A stretch of DNA of 64,000 bases, from assembly GCA_038496445.1 (NCBI GenBank), contig JALMLS010000573.1, forward strand, positions 284,917 through 348,916, written 5' to 3'. Under the pieces are notes generated by a model. That model was not told the origin of the DNA and did not search any database. It worked only from the letters and a program-made list of their open reading frames with translations. This document shows, in pieces, positions 63,536 to 64,000 of the stretch. The translations under genes were made by a program, and so were the position numbers. How positions within the stretch are numbered: the stretch's first letter is position 1; each line of letters begins with the position of its first letter. Origin of the DNA: Trichosphaerium sp. ATCC 40318. Its lineage: Eukaryota; Protista; Tubulinea.

Positions 63536-64000
63536 TAAAGCACTTGTTAAAATATCAAGTAATAAAAAGTCTTTTGTTAGGAGTAAAAGTCATTTTATTG
63601 TACAAAAACAAGTATATACTACTTATAATTTTAGACCTGATTGCAGTTATCACTGCTGAAACAACTAGCACTTACTTCAATGGGATTCAAAGCAAACCTA
63701 CGCTATTGCATGAAAATCAAGTGTGCTTAGACAATTTTGAACTGAAATGGGTTCTACAAAGATCAAAACCATGGCAAGTAACAGATAACTACTACTACAC
63801 TATTTTTGAGTTTCATAATTGATTTTATTTGAAGAAAGCCAGATTTTTGTACAAATATCTACAATGAAATACTTATTTTGGTTTTTTTAGGAGAAGATTT
63901 GTGTTGTTCTCACAGACTTTGCCATTATTCCTGGCTGCTTCATTTCACAAAACACTGCCAATATGGTAAAAGCTAATGATTTATTGTCCAATTGGTGTGA

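Overview
AT-rich eukaryotic genomic DNA with many short (~40-60 nt) GT-AG introns, protist-like. The ORF track therefore fragments most genes, and I rebuilt gene models by eye from splice signals. The main feature is a family of ankyrin-repeat + PARP-like ADP-ribosyltransferase + coiled-coil genes. Gene 1 (<1-3462, -) and gene 2 (3939-7144, +) form a head-to-head pair, gene 3 lies at 41929-46609 (-), and decayed remnants lie at ~33.0-33.8 kb and ~38.0-38.6 kb. Almost every ankyrin repeat is its own 99-nt exon between phase-1 introns. In gene 3 the exon+intron unit forms an 11-copy, 151-bp tandem array. Its introns and framework codons are nearly invariant, while amino-acid changes cluster at the ligand-binding positions randomised in DARPins. 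This is a candidate diversifying sensor-effector (innate-immune-like) system. A housekeeping block at 7-33 kb holds an acyl-CoA dehydrogenase, a secreted non-specific endonuclease, a Kelch-BTB protein, a possible UDG-fold protein, a predicted non-slicer Argonaute/PIWI, an F-box-like/MORN protein, a GT4 glycosyltransferase and POLD3; MON1 lies at 35.6-37.9 kb. The right third is a transposon graveyard: a DIRS-type tyrosine-recombinase retroelement, a hAT split by nested elements, two pogo-like DDE transposases and non-LTR RT fragments, with a CpG-deamination signature.
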